From IMG/VR virus record IMGVR_UViG_3300042291_001013: a DNA stretch of 64,000 nt. One strand, given 5' to 3'. Made by a program: the position numbers and the translations under genes. This document shows, one piece after another, positions 45,365 through 53,522 of the stretch; the first letter of the stretch is position 1, and each line of letters opens with the position of its first letter. The DNA is from a virus (taxonomy: Duplodnaviria > Caudoviricetes). The notes under the pieces were generated by a model. That model searched no databases. It worked only from the letters and a program-made list of their open reading frames with translations, and was not told where the DNA came from.

Positions 45365-46246
45365 TTAGCAGTTCCACTTTCTTAGTGCTAGAGCTTTGCG
45401 TGTGGGCTTACCATTGGGCTTTTTCATTGGGCCTTTAACTCCGCCCATTCTTGCACAGAAACTCTTGCGGCGCTTGGCTGCTTTTGATCCTGGCTTGAGC
45501 TTGCTGGGCTTTGTGGTCACTGCCATTTGCAATTTACTACCAGGATTCTCTCTGCGATAGCTGGCAACACCTTTGGCGTTGAGTCCGCCTTTTTTGCTCT
45601 TGCCTGCACTGCGTCTCCAGGCGGCTGTTTCGTATAACACGTTGTCTGGCATGGCTTCAAACTGTTCCCACACTAGGTCTTTACTCACGCGATTTTTAAT
45701 AGACATTTCTTCAGCCAACTCGTCCATGGCTTCAAACATGGCGTCTATCTCGGGATCCACTTCGTCTGAGGCTTCTTCTGAATACATGTAATCCCATACC
45801 GCAACCAACATTGATTTGGCCACAGCAATTTTTTCTTGGCACCATTCAGGCAAGTTGTCACCTGATTGAATCAAGTCATCAATGCCTTCAACAGCACGTT
45901 GCAATGTTTCCAAGTTGTTGTCAGCCATGCCTGCTTCGTCATCGTATTCAGGGTTGTAGTTTTCGTCCACGCCTGCTTCTTTCTTTTTAGCAATAGCAAT
46001 TGCGGCTTGCTGTGCAGGATTGGCAGCTTCTTCAACACCTTCTGATTTGTTGCCATAACTGCCAGCGCCTTTTTTGCGACACTGAACCAAGCGTCCAGAT
46101 GCATACGCACTTGGCCATACCTTGGCACTTGCTTTGACCTTGTAGTAACAAGCGTCTTTCTTTTCTGTCATCATCATTTCACTAAACATGGGCCCGCCGC
46201 AATGCGGACATTTGTGTGATGACTCTGTTATGTCTTTGAATTTCAT
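45365..46246 (-). CDS. Modular basic/acidic protein, candidate internal head polyprotein
   Basis: MKFKDITE leader; modules bounded by MTE, EGVEE, AGVDE, LYE. Confidence 0.7.
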   Translation of the reverse strand: MKFKDITESSHKCPHCGGPMFSEMMMTEKKDACYYKVKASAKVWPSAYASGRLVQCRKKGAGSYGNKSEGVEEAANPAQQAAIAIAKKKEAGVDENYNPEYDDEAGMADNNLETLQRAVEGIDDLIQSGDNLPEWCQEKIAVAKSMLVAVWDYMYSEEASDEVDPEIDAMFEAMDELAEEMSIKNRVSKDLVWEQFEAMPDNVLYETAAWRRSAGKSKKGGLNAKGVASYRRENPGSKLQMAVTTKPSKLKPGSKAAKRRKSFCARMGGVKGPMKKPNGKPTRKALALRKWNC

Positions 46247-46818
46247 TTGCGTTTTCCTTTGGTACTTACATTTATGGCGGCACCCGAACGGTTGGGATTG
46301 GGATCTTCTCGGCGTTTGCGGGCTGCCGCACTGGCACGACCTTTTTTGCCCAGGGCATGTGCTTTGGCTTGAGGCAAACACTTGGGCTTGCCTTCTTTAC
46401 TACTGCCTCTGGCACAGTCCCCACGTATCTTGCCGTCGGGTCCAAATCGAACCCACTTTTGTTTAAACCAGTCTCGAAGATTTTCTTCAAGCTCTTGAGT
46501 TGACATTTTCTTTTCATACCCTTGCACAGCAGTGTTTCTAGCAGGGTTGGGTGCATCTTTAAATTTGGATGCTGGCAAAAACTTGTCAATACTTTTCAAT
46601 GTTAGTGGACCCATTATGCCATCTATGTCCAAGTTGGCATTGTGTTCTTGATTTAGCATTTGCTGTATTCTGCGTACCGAGTCAGAATCTTTATTTTCTT
46701 CTTCAAGTTCTGTTTCACTCACAGGCACACAATTGGGAACCATTCTAGAGCCTTTTTTCTTCATGCCAGCTTGACGGTATCCGTCCCAGCAGGCTTCTAG
46801 TATTTCTCTGTATCTCAT
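46243..46818 (-). CDS. Modular protein with peptidoglycan-binding-like module, candidate internal head polyprotein
   Basis: MRYREILE leader; CWDGY...VPNCVP; VRRIQQML...DIDGIMGPLT; LEE junctions. Confidence 0.7.
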   Translation of the reverse strand: MRYREILEACWDGYRQAGMKKKGSRMVPNCVPVSETELEEENKDSDSVRRIQQMLNQEHNANLDIDGIMGPLTLKSIDKFLPASKFKDAPNPARNTAVQGYEKKMSTQELEENLRDWFKQKWVRFGPDGKIRGDCARGSSKEGKPKCLPQAKAHALGKKGRASAAARKRREDPNPNRSGAAINVSTKGKRK

Positions 46819-47282
46819 TTGGGCGGTGCCTCAGCGGCCTGATTGTGGGCCTTGATAAATTCTCGTGGTATTTCACACTGTCCGCCAGGAGCAAACTTGG
46901 TGTCATACTTCACAATCTCACGGTCAACATACTGAATAATATCTTGTCCGCGTCGAGTAATATACTCGGTTTTCTTTACAACTCGTTCCTGGATTTGTAT
47001 ATTTTCTTTTGCGCTTTCGGCTTCGGCAACTCGTAGCTTTGCTTCTACTTCAGCCACTCGCTCGCGCCAGGCCATTTCTACGCCGTAGCCGCCGCGAAAA
47101 TAAACACCTGCTACCAGCAATAAAACACCAATAATTTTGAATGGCAACTGATATTGCCACAGCAACGGAAAAGGAATACGATGAATAAAAACCCCAGCAA
47201 TGGTCAGCACAACACCTATCAGCAATAGAATGTTGCAAAACCAAAGGATTAGTGCATCAGGAAGAAAATGTAAAATCCACAT
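46815..47282 (-). CDS. Probable inner-membrane spanin (i-spanin)
   Basis: N-terminal TM segments then coiled coil; start MWILHF after TAAATA 47288-47293. Confidence 0.55.
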   Translation of the reverse strand: MWILHFLPDALILWFCNILLLIGVVLTIAGVFIHRIPFPLLWQYQLPFKIIGVLLLVAGVYFRGGYGVEMAWRERVAEVEAKLRVAEAESAKENIQIQERVVKKTEYITRRGQDIIQYVDREIVKYDTKFAPGGQCEIPREFIKAHNQAAEAPPK

Positions 47283-47290
47283 GCAACTAT

Positions 47291-47494
47291 TTAGTTGCGC
47301 CCCCAACGAATGTTATTCCAAACACGTTCGTGTGCAAAATACAACAAGGTGTTTACTACCAGCTGAATTACCGCAATTGTGCCAGAAATTGCAAAATCTC
47401 CCAGTATTATGTAACTGATTGCAAAAGTAGCAGTTGACCCTGTAATGCGCCAACTCACCGTCTTTACTAGACTACGAGAAGTGCTGTCACTCAA
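47291..47494 (-). CDS. DUF2061-like small membrane protein
   Basis: RSLVKTVSWR...YFAHERVW. Confidence 0.8.
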   Translation of the reverse strand: MSDSTSRSLVKTVSWRITGSTATFAISYIILGDFAISGTIAVIQLVVNTLLYFAHERVWNNIRWGRN

Positions 47495-48323
47495 GGCCCA
47501 AGGTCTTTCTTATCTTGGTTGCAGAGATATCGGTGATTGATTGATCAAATGATTCTTGCTCAATTTTATACCCCACATCACGTCCGTAAGTGATATTCAC
47601 AATGTTGGGCACAATTTGAATTTCGTACTGCCCTTGATACACCATGTCTAGATCTCTACGTATATAATTCTTTACTTGATCAATAGCAAATGGGTTTGAG
47701 CCTTGCCAGCCTTGACAGTCGCGAATTTGAATCACAACTTGCCCGGTTTTGGCAATGGCACGTTCAAACAAGGCACGATGGCCTGGGTGCCAGGGCTGCC
47801 AACGTCCCAGCATTTGTACTGTTTCTTTTTGCCAGTCAAACACAGGTCTACGTCTGTTATCTACAATATGCGCGGCAATGAACTCGCCCCATTTTTCTGC
47901 ATTTTGCTCTGTGATTCTAAAGTCATAAACTTCAGGCGGAATAAAGGCTTTATTGGTATCTTCGTATCTACCTTTGTCAATGGTATCAACCCACACAGTC
48001 CAGTCTGCTTTGAAGTTGTTGCGCATTTCCACAAGTGGTGCCACAAAGTCACAGATGACATAATCACAATCGGTCATTGTGTCTGCCAGTGTTCTCATGC
48101 GAATGCTTTGACGTATGCGTCCTGCTTCTGAAAAGTCCCAGTCGTTGTATTCTTTACGCACATCATCGGCGTTTAACCAACCTACCTTGATCTTGGCAAG
48201 TGGGGTCAAAGATAGTTCATTCACTTTGTATGAATCTTGTAAATGATCCACAAGGTGCTGTGCTAGATAAGTTTTGCCTGCGCCAGGCAAGCCCATGATT
48301 AAAATACGTTGAGGTTGTTTCAT
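47487..48323 (-). CDS. Adenylylsulfate-kinase-like protein fused to an HxGH nucleotidyltransferase-like domain
   Basis: GLPGAGKT, WLNADDVR, CDFVAP; C-terminal GRWQPWHPGH, ISATKIR. Confidence 0.72.
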   Translation of the reverse strand: MKQPQRILIMGLPGAGKTYLAQHLVDHLQDSYKVNELSLTPLAKIKVGWLNADDVRKEYNDWDFSEAGRIRQSIRMRTLADTMTDCDYVICDFVAPLVEMRNNFKADWTVWVDTIDKGRYEDTNKAFIPPEVYDFRITEQNAEKWGEFIAAHIVDNRRRPVFDWQKETVQMLGRWQPWHPGHRALFERAIAKTGQVVIQIRDCQGWQGSNPFAIDQVKNYIRRDLDMVYQGQYEIQIVPNIVNITYGRDVGYKIEQESFDQSITDISATKIRKTLGLE

Positions 48324-48922
48324 ATTACTTTTACCTTTATGTCATTTGAGTGATAATTCTGAACATGGTTCAGTGGTGGTGGTTCGAGTGCCAGCATGTT
48401 GGCCAAGTCTCGATTGGTAGCCGGCTCTGCGCCATCATAATTATGCCAGGCCGACAACAGCCCATGATTTTGTTTGCTCACACGATCACACATGGTTTCG
48501 AGGTCTTGATAGTAGGGTTGATAAAAAGGGTATGTGATTGAAAACCCACCAGACCGTACCCACCAGCCCACACAGGCGTCATCAGGTCGGTGTACCAACA
48601 CAATAGGCGCAGTAGGCCAATTTCTACGTAGATAATCAATGTTTTTTCTATAACAAAAAATATGACTTTTTACAATGCGATAACCCGTGCCTGAAAAAGG
48701 AGCATTCCACGTCTGTTCAGCCTGCTCGGGTGTCAACTGGTCAAGGTCTTCAGGAACACTAAATTCCATGCCCGGATCCCAGTATGCACCACAGTGTCCA
48801 GTTTGTTCATACTGTCTTAAGTCTGTGTTGTCAGATCTGTCAATACTAGGCGAGAAATAAATGTTGCGGGCCACAGAACTCCATTTGGATCCTGGAGCTC
48901 CGGCCAAGAAAATATAACTCAT
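48320..48922 (-). CDS. P-loop/sulfotransferase-like protein
   Basis: IFLAGAPGSKWS, IVKSH, IVLVHR. Confidence 0.45.
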   Translation of the reverse strand: MSYIFLAGAPGSKWSSVARNIYFSPSIDRSDNTDLRQYEQTGHCGAYWDPGMEFSVPEDLDQLTPEQAEQTWNAPFSGTGYRIVKSHIFCYRKNIDYLRRNWPTAPIVLVHRPDDACVGWWVRSGGFSITYPFYQPYYQDLETMCDRVSKQNHGLLSAWHNYDGAEPATNRDLANMLALEPPPLNHVQNYHSNDIKVKVI

Positions 48923-49878
48923 TGCAGTCGTTGAATAATAGGCGCAAAGCTTCTACGCAGTTGTTCAGCATATCTAGCAGTACCTTGTGGGCTCAGTTGT
49001 TGTGGGTCTGTAAAGATAAAACTGTCCCCTGCCCAGGCCTGATACTCTGCGCTTTGTATGGCTCGGCCAAATTCACGCTGATACCAGTCTAGTACGTCTT
49101 GGCGTGTGCCTGGCAACAAGCTCACTACCCATCCTGCATACACAGATATACCGGGCACTGCTGTATTCATCAGCGGTGCATCTTTTAGATTGCGAATATT
49201 ATGTGCGCCTGTGAGTCCAATCAGTTTGACTTTGCCAGCTTCGATCAAGGGACGAGCAACAGCCACGGGCATGATGCCAAATTCAGTAGAATTGCTGGCC
49301 ACGCTTTGCACCGCTGGCGCTGGTCCAGAATGTTTGATAGCCTGTACTTGATCACTGCCACGCTGTGTGTACATGATATACTCATAGGCCATTTGATGCG
49401 CACCTCCGCCAATGGCCACATTGACCGGGCGTCCTGGACGCTGAATCAACGACACGAATTCTGCAGGTGTGTTTACTGCACTGCTGGTGTGTGCCACCAG
49501 TGCCAAGGGCGATTGCCCCAGGGTAACAACATTGACAAATGTGTTGTACTCAAATTTCTTTGTGTCGCGTTGCCAAATGTCATTGGTGACATACTGGCTC
49601 ATGTGACTGGGCACAGCAATAACATGCCCATCTGCTGGCTGTGTGAGAAAATAATTGTGGGCCACAACTGAGTCAGCACCAGGTCTAGTTTCCACCACAA
49701 AGTTCACACCTGGGTTGTTTTGTTGCACTATGCTAGCGGCTTTGCGAAATGAAATCTCATTGCCTGATCCAGGAGCAAATCCCACAATCACTGTGACAGG
49801 TCGAGTGGGTTGCCAAGCCCAGGCAATATTTGTCAGCAGGGCCATGGTCAAAATAAGTAAAATTCTATGCACGATCAA
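48919..49878 (-). CDS. Tripartite tricarboxylate transporter substrate-binding protein (TctC/Bug family)
   Basis: Signal peptide, W.PTRPVTVIVGFAPGSG, VVETRPGA, GKVKLIGLTG. Confidence 0.85.
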   Translation of the reverse strand: MIVHRILLILTMALLTNIAWAWQPTRPVTVIVGFAPGSGNEISFRKAASIVQQNNPGVNFVVETRPGADSVVAHNYFLTQPADGHVIAVPSHMSQYVTNDIWQRDTKKFEYNTFVNVVTLGQSPLALVAHTSSAVNTPAEFVSLIQRPGRPVNVAIGGGAHQMAYEYIMYTQRGSDQVQAIKHSGPAPAVQSVASNSTEFGIMPVAVARPLIEAGKVKLIGLTGAHNIRNLKDAPLMNTAVPGISVYAGWVVSLLPGTRQDVLDWYQREFGRAIQSAEYQAWAGDSFIFTDPQQLSPQGTARYAEQLRRSFAPIIQRLQ

Positions 49879-50400
49879 TCCTTTTTAAATGAATATTTTA
49901 GTCAGTACTGGAAGCCCACTACTGATGCGTTTACTTATAGTGCTTATGGTGCTGTGGCCGCAAAAATACAGCCGCACGAAGAGGTTTTGGATGTGGGCTG
50001 TGGGTCTAACCCATTCAAAGCATTGTTGCCGCGTGTGACCGGAATTGATCCTGCGTTTGATCAAGCCGACATCAAATGCACAATTGAAAGCTTTCGACCA
50101 ATAAAACTGTATGACGTTGCGTTGTGCCTGGGATCAATTAACTTTGGTGACCACACTGTGATCAACAGACAAATTGCCAAAGTGATTGATTGCCTTAAAC
50201 CTCAGGCCAGAGTCTACTGGCGACTAAATCCTGGACGAACTGATCATGCCAACAGTGAATGCCAGGCTGTGCCGTTTTATCCTTGGACACATAGCAAACT
50301 GCGTAAGCTAGCACTATATCATGGATTTGAACAGCGCAATGAACAAACAGAAGGCAATGACCGTGTGCAACGATTATACGCTGAATGGCATCGCGGGTAA
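49867..50400 (+). CDS. Class I SAM-dependent methyltransferase
   Basis: VLDVGCG, GIDP, YDVALCLGSI; TAAGTA at 49854-49859. Confidence 0.82.
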   Translation: MHDQSFLNEYFSQYWKPTTDAFTYSAYGAVAAKIQPHEEVLDVGCGSNPFKALLPRVTGIDPAFDQADIKCTIESFRPIKLYDVALCLGSINFGDHTVINRQIAKVIDCLKPQARVYWRLNPGRTDHANSECQAVPFYPWTHSKLRKLALYHGFEQRNEQTEGNDRVQRLYAEWHRG

Positions 50401-51039
50401 TTGGTCAGAGATATAACGATAGCAGGCCTGGTGTGCATCTGTCAAGGGATGGCACAGGTCACTGATAGCATGCCCTTGCTTGCGACTCCAGTTCACAAAG
50501 TTGTCCCCGTCAAATGTGGTCATGTGCGGCCGTATTGAGTTTTGCATTGCAGTTAACGCTGGAGTGGTGTGAAACTCTGTTTCAAACATCAGATCGTCCA
50601 TGTAAGTCATGATAAATGGCACAGAACGTTTTTGTAGCTGATCCACGCACAGTTGTACCATGCTCAAGGTGCTGAACTTGTCCCTAAACTGTGAATGAAA
50701 ATTGCGATAGTAATAGTTGCCGTGGTTGTCGTTTTCGCTGGGGCGCAGAGTTAGCCATTTGTCTGTGCGAAAATCCACGTAGTCAAAACGATCAATCCAG
50801 GTCCAGTTCACAACATAAAAGTCTGGCTCTGAAGTTGCGGCCAGCGCAGTTAACAAGCGTTCAGCAATGTGCATATTGCCTGCGCCCGGACGTGCATAGC
50901 ATTGATACCCCCAGCCTTGACTCTGCGCCAGCAATGCTGGCCATGTCATTTGTGAAGGAGTGGCATAGGCTGTGCCGTAGCCGTCATCGGGTAGCTCGCA
51001 GCCAAACATAAAGCTACAGCCAAAACTCTTGAGATTCAA
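50374..51039 (-). CDS. SGNH hydrolase-like protein
   Basis: FGCSFMFG, CYARPGAGN, DLCHP. Confidence 0.65.
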   Translation of the reverse strand: MNLKSFGCSFMFGCELPDDGYGTAYATPSQMTWPALLAQSQGWGYQCYARPGAGNMHIAERLLTALAATSEPDFYVVNWTWIDRFDYVDFRTDKWLTLRPSENDNHGNYYYRNFHSQFRDKFSTLSMVQLCVDQLQKRSVPFIMTYMDDLMFETEFHTTPALTAMQNSIRPHMTTFDGDNFVNWSRKQGHAISDLCHPLTDAHQACYRYISDQLPAMPFSV

Positions 51040-51810
51040 TTAATATCCTGCTTTTGCTATTTCAGCACCGCGGTTAAAACTGTCACTCCATGATGCTGTG
51101 CTGACACCGCCGCGAGCCTTTGACCATTGGTAACCGGCTCTGTGTCCTGAACAGTCTTTTGTACAAGGACTCATGCCCATGAACGTTAATTCTCGCAACT
51201 GTTCTTGCCCTTTGATGCCAATTACCATGCTTCGTATATAGTCAGTCTCGGGGTCTTCAAGTTTGATTTTGTCTTTGAAAAGAACCTTTTCCAGGGGAAA
51301 TAGTTCCAGCAATTGATCAGGCGAACCAAAATTGTGTTCACTGCTGGCCTGTACATTGTCTCGGCCCTGCAGGACCACAAGAGTTCCTGAAGGTATGTTA
51401 TCAAACCAGCCATGGTCAGGAATGTCTGTGGTGCTGGTGTTTATTACCAGGCCAGGATCTTGTAACTGACGATAGTCAATTTGATTGGCATCAGCTCGCA
51501 TGTGGTCTACACCATCAATGTTCATGCTCTGTTGCATTTGTTTTCCCTGACGCAACCATTTGGCGTTCTTTTCCACGTCAATGATGCGTTCAATAGGAGT
51601 GTTGGCTTTGCGCAAGATAGTACTCAAGTTACTGTACCATGAGCCCAGTACATAAGCAACTGGCACAGAGTCAATACCCTGTTTGCGCATGACTTGTTGT
51701 AGTTCACGAGCCAACCATATCTTGCTCAAGATCAAGTCTGTGGTATAACTGCCGGCCAAGCTGTAGCCAGAACTTTCTTCAAGTGGTGCATACAGCTCGT
51801 TTAGAATCAT
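51040..51810 (-). CDS. Methyltransferase-like protein with capsid-targeting-like leader and C-terminal Cys/His micro-module
   Basis: MILNELYAPLEE; VLGSWY, IIDVE, LVINTS, VVLQG; after LRE: CTKDCSGH.AGY.W. Confidence 0.6.
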   Translation of the reverse strand: MILNELYAPLEESSGYSLAGSYTTDLILSKIWLARELQQVMRKQGIDSVPVAYVLGSWYSNLSTILRKANTPIERIIDVEKNAKWLRQGKQMQQSMNIDGVDHMRADANQIDYRQLQDPGLVINTSTTDIPDHGWFDNIPSGTLVVLQGRDNVQASSEHNFGSPDQLLELFPLEKVLFKDKIKLEDPETDYIRSMVIGIKGQEQLRELTFMGMSPCTKDCSGHRAGYQWSKARGGVSTASWSDSFNRGAEIAKAGY

Positions 51811-51971
51811 GGATTTAGTTTGAAACCTGTGCTTTGCATCACGGGAAAGTTTGATGGCGGTTTCTTTTGCTTGGGACCAAGTTGTGAGGTGCGTGGGTCA
51901 ACCACAGCATTGGGAACTCCTGATGCCACAGGAATAACTCTGTGTGTGCGATTCATTGCGGATTTTCTCAT
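51807..51971 (-). CDS. Small basic hypothetical protein (54 aa)
   Basis: Hand-read MRKSAMNRTHRVIPV...; fills the gap with ATGA overlap. Confidence 0.4.
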   Translation of the reverse strand: MRKSAMNRTHRVIPVASGVPNAVVDPRTSQLGPKQKKPPSNFPVMQSTGFKLNP

Positions 51972-51972
51972 G

Positions 51973-53520
51973 TTAAGTTCCTAGTCTTGTGTTACTTACC
52001 GACACTGCACCACTCACATTGCTGCCACTGGCAGTGTTAAACGGTAGATACGCAAATCTATTGGGACCACCATGCAAAATTTCTTCATTGCTGTAGTCAG
52101 TTTGCGATCCTGTGTCGTAGAGCATGTTGGCTGTGCTGGTGTCGATTACTTTTTGTCTTATCTGTGCTGGTGTGGCAGTGGGATATACCTGTAGCAATTG
52201 TGCGGCAAGGCCGGCCACCTGTGGTGAAGCCATGGACGTTCCTGAAATACTCATTATTTTATAACTGCCGTTTAGTGGATAAGCTGTGGTTGCGCCAAAT
52301 GTATTGGTAGTACTAGTGGTGCTTACAATGTTGGTACCTGGTGCGTAAACATCAACCCTGGGCCCAGATTCACTATCGCCAAGTTTGTGTTCAGGAGTGT
52401 CATATCCAGTGCTGACGTTGCCCACACAGATTACTCCTGTGGCACTGGCTGGTGAGCCACCACGCATGTAGTATCTAGGAGTGCTTGTTTGGTTAAAATA
52501 GTTGTCGTAATCTGGGCCGCCCAGCACATCTAAAGTTTGATAATAGTTTCCGGCTGCACCAACTAAGACCACACCTGCTGCCAGCAACTCAGCCACATCC
52601 ACATCCACACTGTCTACCCTTACGCCAAAGCGATTGGATGCACTGCCAATCATGCCATAACTGGGTTGTTTGCTACTGCCGGACCAGACTGTTCCACGAT
52701 ATACCCCGCCATTGATACTGGTAAAAGTAGTGATGTAACTCCAGCTCATATTCACAACTGTGGGACGTTTGTAGCCCAAGGCAGGGTCAACTGTTTTGTT
52801 GTTGTGCCAACCCTTGATGCAGTCAAACACATCAGTTGTTGATATCCCATTGGTAGGCGCCACATTGAGGCCGTCCACAGTCATAACATATATTCTGGCA
52901 TTTTTAGCACGACCGTATGTTTTGCCTGCGGCAATGCCACAACAGTGTGTGCCATGTCCGTCGTAGTCGGTATAAAAATTAGCAGGCATGGTGCCCGCAA
53001 TCCCTGACGCTGTGTACCAGTCTATTTGCTGTACTCTAGTCACACCGGCTGCATCTTGAAAATCAGGATGATCAACCTGACAGCCCGAGTCTTGTACCAC
53101 AAAATCTACTCCAGTACCGTCCAAGGGATAGTTGTAGGTTAATGTGCCTGATGCACCTGGGGTATTCATTGTGGTTGAATTGCATCTAAACAGCCCCCAG
53201 TTAATACCAAGATTGTTGGCAGGATTGGTTCCCGGACTTTTATAATACAAGCCAGTTTGGCTGGCGTTGTTGTGAATTTGAATATCTGAGCGATGTTCAG
53301 GAGGGAGTTCTACACAAAAAACTCTAGAGTCGTTGCGCAGGTTATCTGCTTCCTCATCAGTCAAGTCATACCAGCACTGGCGTAGACTAGTAGGTCGCTC
53401 GTTTACAATGTCTATACCGCGTTGGGGCACGTATGTACTGCCCGAGCCGTCTGTTTCTATTTCAGTCCAGAAGGCGTCATAGTCAACGCCTTCTTTGAGA
53501 GCTACGTTGTATGTGGTCAT
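51973..53520 (-). CDS. S8 subtilisin-like serine protease with I9-like prodomain
   Basis: VVQDSG (Asp), DGHGTHCCG (His), SGTSMASPQVAG (Ser). Confidence 0.92.
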   Translation of the reverse strand: MTTYNVALKEGVDYDAFWTEIETDGSGSTYVPQRGIDIVNERPTSLRQCWYDLTDEEADNLRNDSRVFCVELPPEHRSDIQIHNNASQTGLYYKSPGTNPANNLGINWGLFRCNSTTMNTPGASGTLTYNYPLDGTGVDFVVQDSGCQVDHPDFQDAAGVTRVQQIDWYTASGIAGTMPANFYTDYDGHGTHCCGIAAGKTYGRAKNARIYVMTVDGLNVAPTNGISTTDVFDCIKGWHNNKTVDPALGYKRPTVVNMSWSYITTFTSINGGVYRGTVWSGSSKQPSYGMIGSASNRFGVRVDSVDVDVAELLAAGVVLVGAAGNYYQTLDVLGGPDYDNYFNQTSTPRYYMRGGSPASATGVICVGNVSTGYDTPEHKLGDSESGPRVDVYAPGTNIVSTTSTTNTFGATTAYPLNGSYKIMSISGTSMASPQVAGLAAQLLQVYPTATPAQIRQKVIDTSTANMLYDTGSQTDYSNEEILHGGPNRFAYLPFNTASGSNVSGAVSVSNTRLGT

Positions 53521-53522
53521 TG

